A DNA stretch of 61,922 nt, filler included, from Globobulimina sp. (Eukaryota), in assembly GCA_003354225.1 (NCBI GenBank). It is 26 parts of 26 records of this genome, joined end to end, with 100 filler letters (N's around TTAATTAATTAA, not from the genome) between each part and the next. Parts side by side here need not be neighbours in the genome. Positions count along the whole stretch, not along the records: positions 59,639 to 61,922 come from PIVH01007667.1; 25 more parts are not named here. One strand, written 5' to 3'. Both the position numbers and the translations under genes were made by a program. The notes beneath the pieces were generated by a model, which was not told the DNA's origin, did no database searches, and saw only the letters and a list, made by a program, of their open reading frames with translations. Numbering within the stretch: the first letter of the stretch is position 1; the number at the start of each line of letters is the position of its first letter. Below, piece by piece: positions 61,879 to 61,922 of the stretch.

Positions 61879-61922
61879 TTAATTATTATTTTTTTATGCA
61901 TTTTTTAGAGTGAATGTGTGTG

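Noticed and set aside
1-61922. Gene-neighbourhood or operon-like system spanning the window, for example RtcA with the tRNA intron, or primase with the UL9-like gene
   Set aside because: Contigs are ordered by length only, so adjacency across spacers carries no biological information.

Overview
The window is not one locus. It is 26 unrelated contigs of about 2,284-2,287 bp, sorted by length and joined by an artificial 100-bp spacer (N44-TTAATTAATTAA-N44), so gene order across spacers means nothing. Most contigs are AT-rich, gene-dense eukaryotic DNA with short GT-AG introns. The gene content suggests a protist, plausibly a foraminiferan or other rhizarian (inference), and chimeric joins and frameshifts suggest a whole-genome-amplified assembly. 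Recognisable host genes include ANTH/AP180, mitochondrial-type TrpRS, RtcA, Mpv17, a sterol desaturase, a heme peroxidase, a PKG-like multi-CNB protein, MICU1, a LanC-like protein, cathepsin L, ACSBG, a CPA2 antiporter, Tubby and an ShK-prolyl 4-hydroxylase. Mobile and foreign DNA comprises a Ty3/gypsy-type gag, a degenerate CRE-type non-LTR RT, a 130-bp TA-flanked MITE and two intronless virus- or plasmid-like replication contigs. One of those encodes an AEP primase with a Zn finger and probable helicase entry; the other encodes a UL9-like origin-binding helicase near a 21x12-bp repeat array. The strongest unexplained signals are: (1) a Pol III-like cassette not shown by the ORF track, made of a GCA-anticodon tRNA split by a structured 143-nt intron, followed 13 nt later by an internally deleted tRNA-Sec-like sequence and an oligo-T terminator; (2) an MtnB-MtnA fusion; (3) the two replicon contigs with origin-like repeats; (4) a spliced ADP-ribosyltransferase-like gene. 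All family calls come from motif recognition only; no searches were run.
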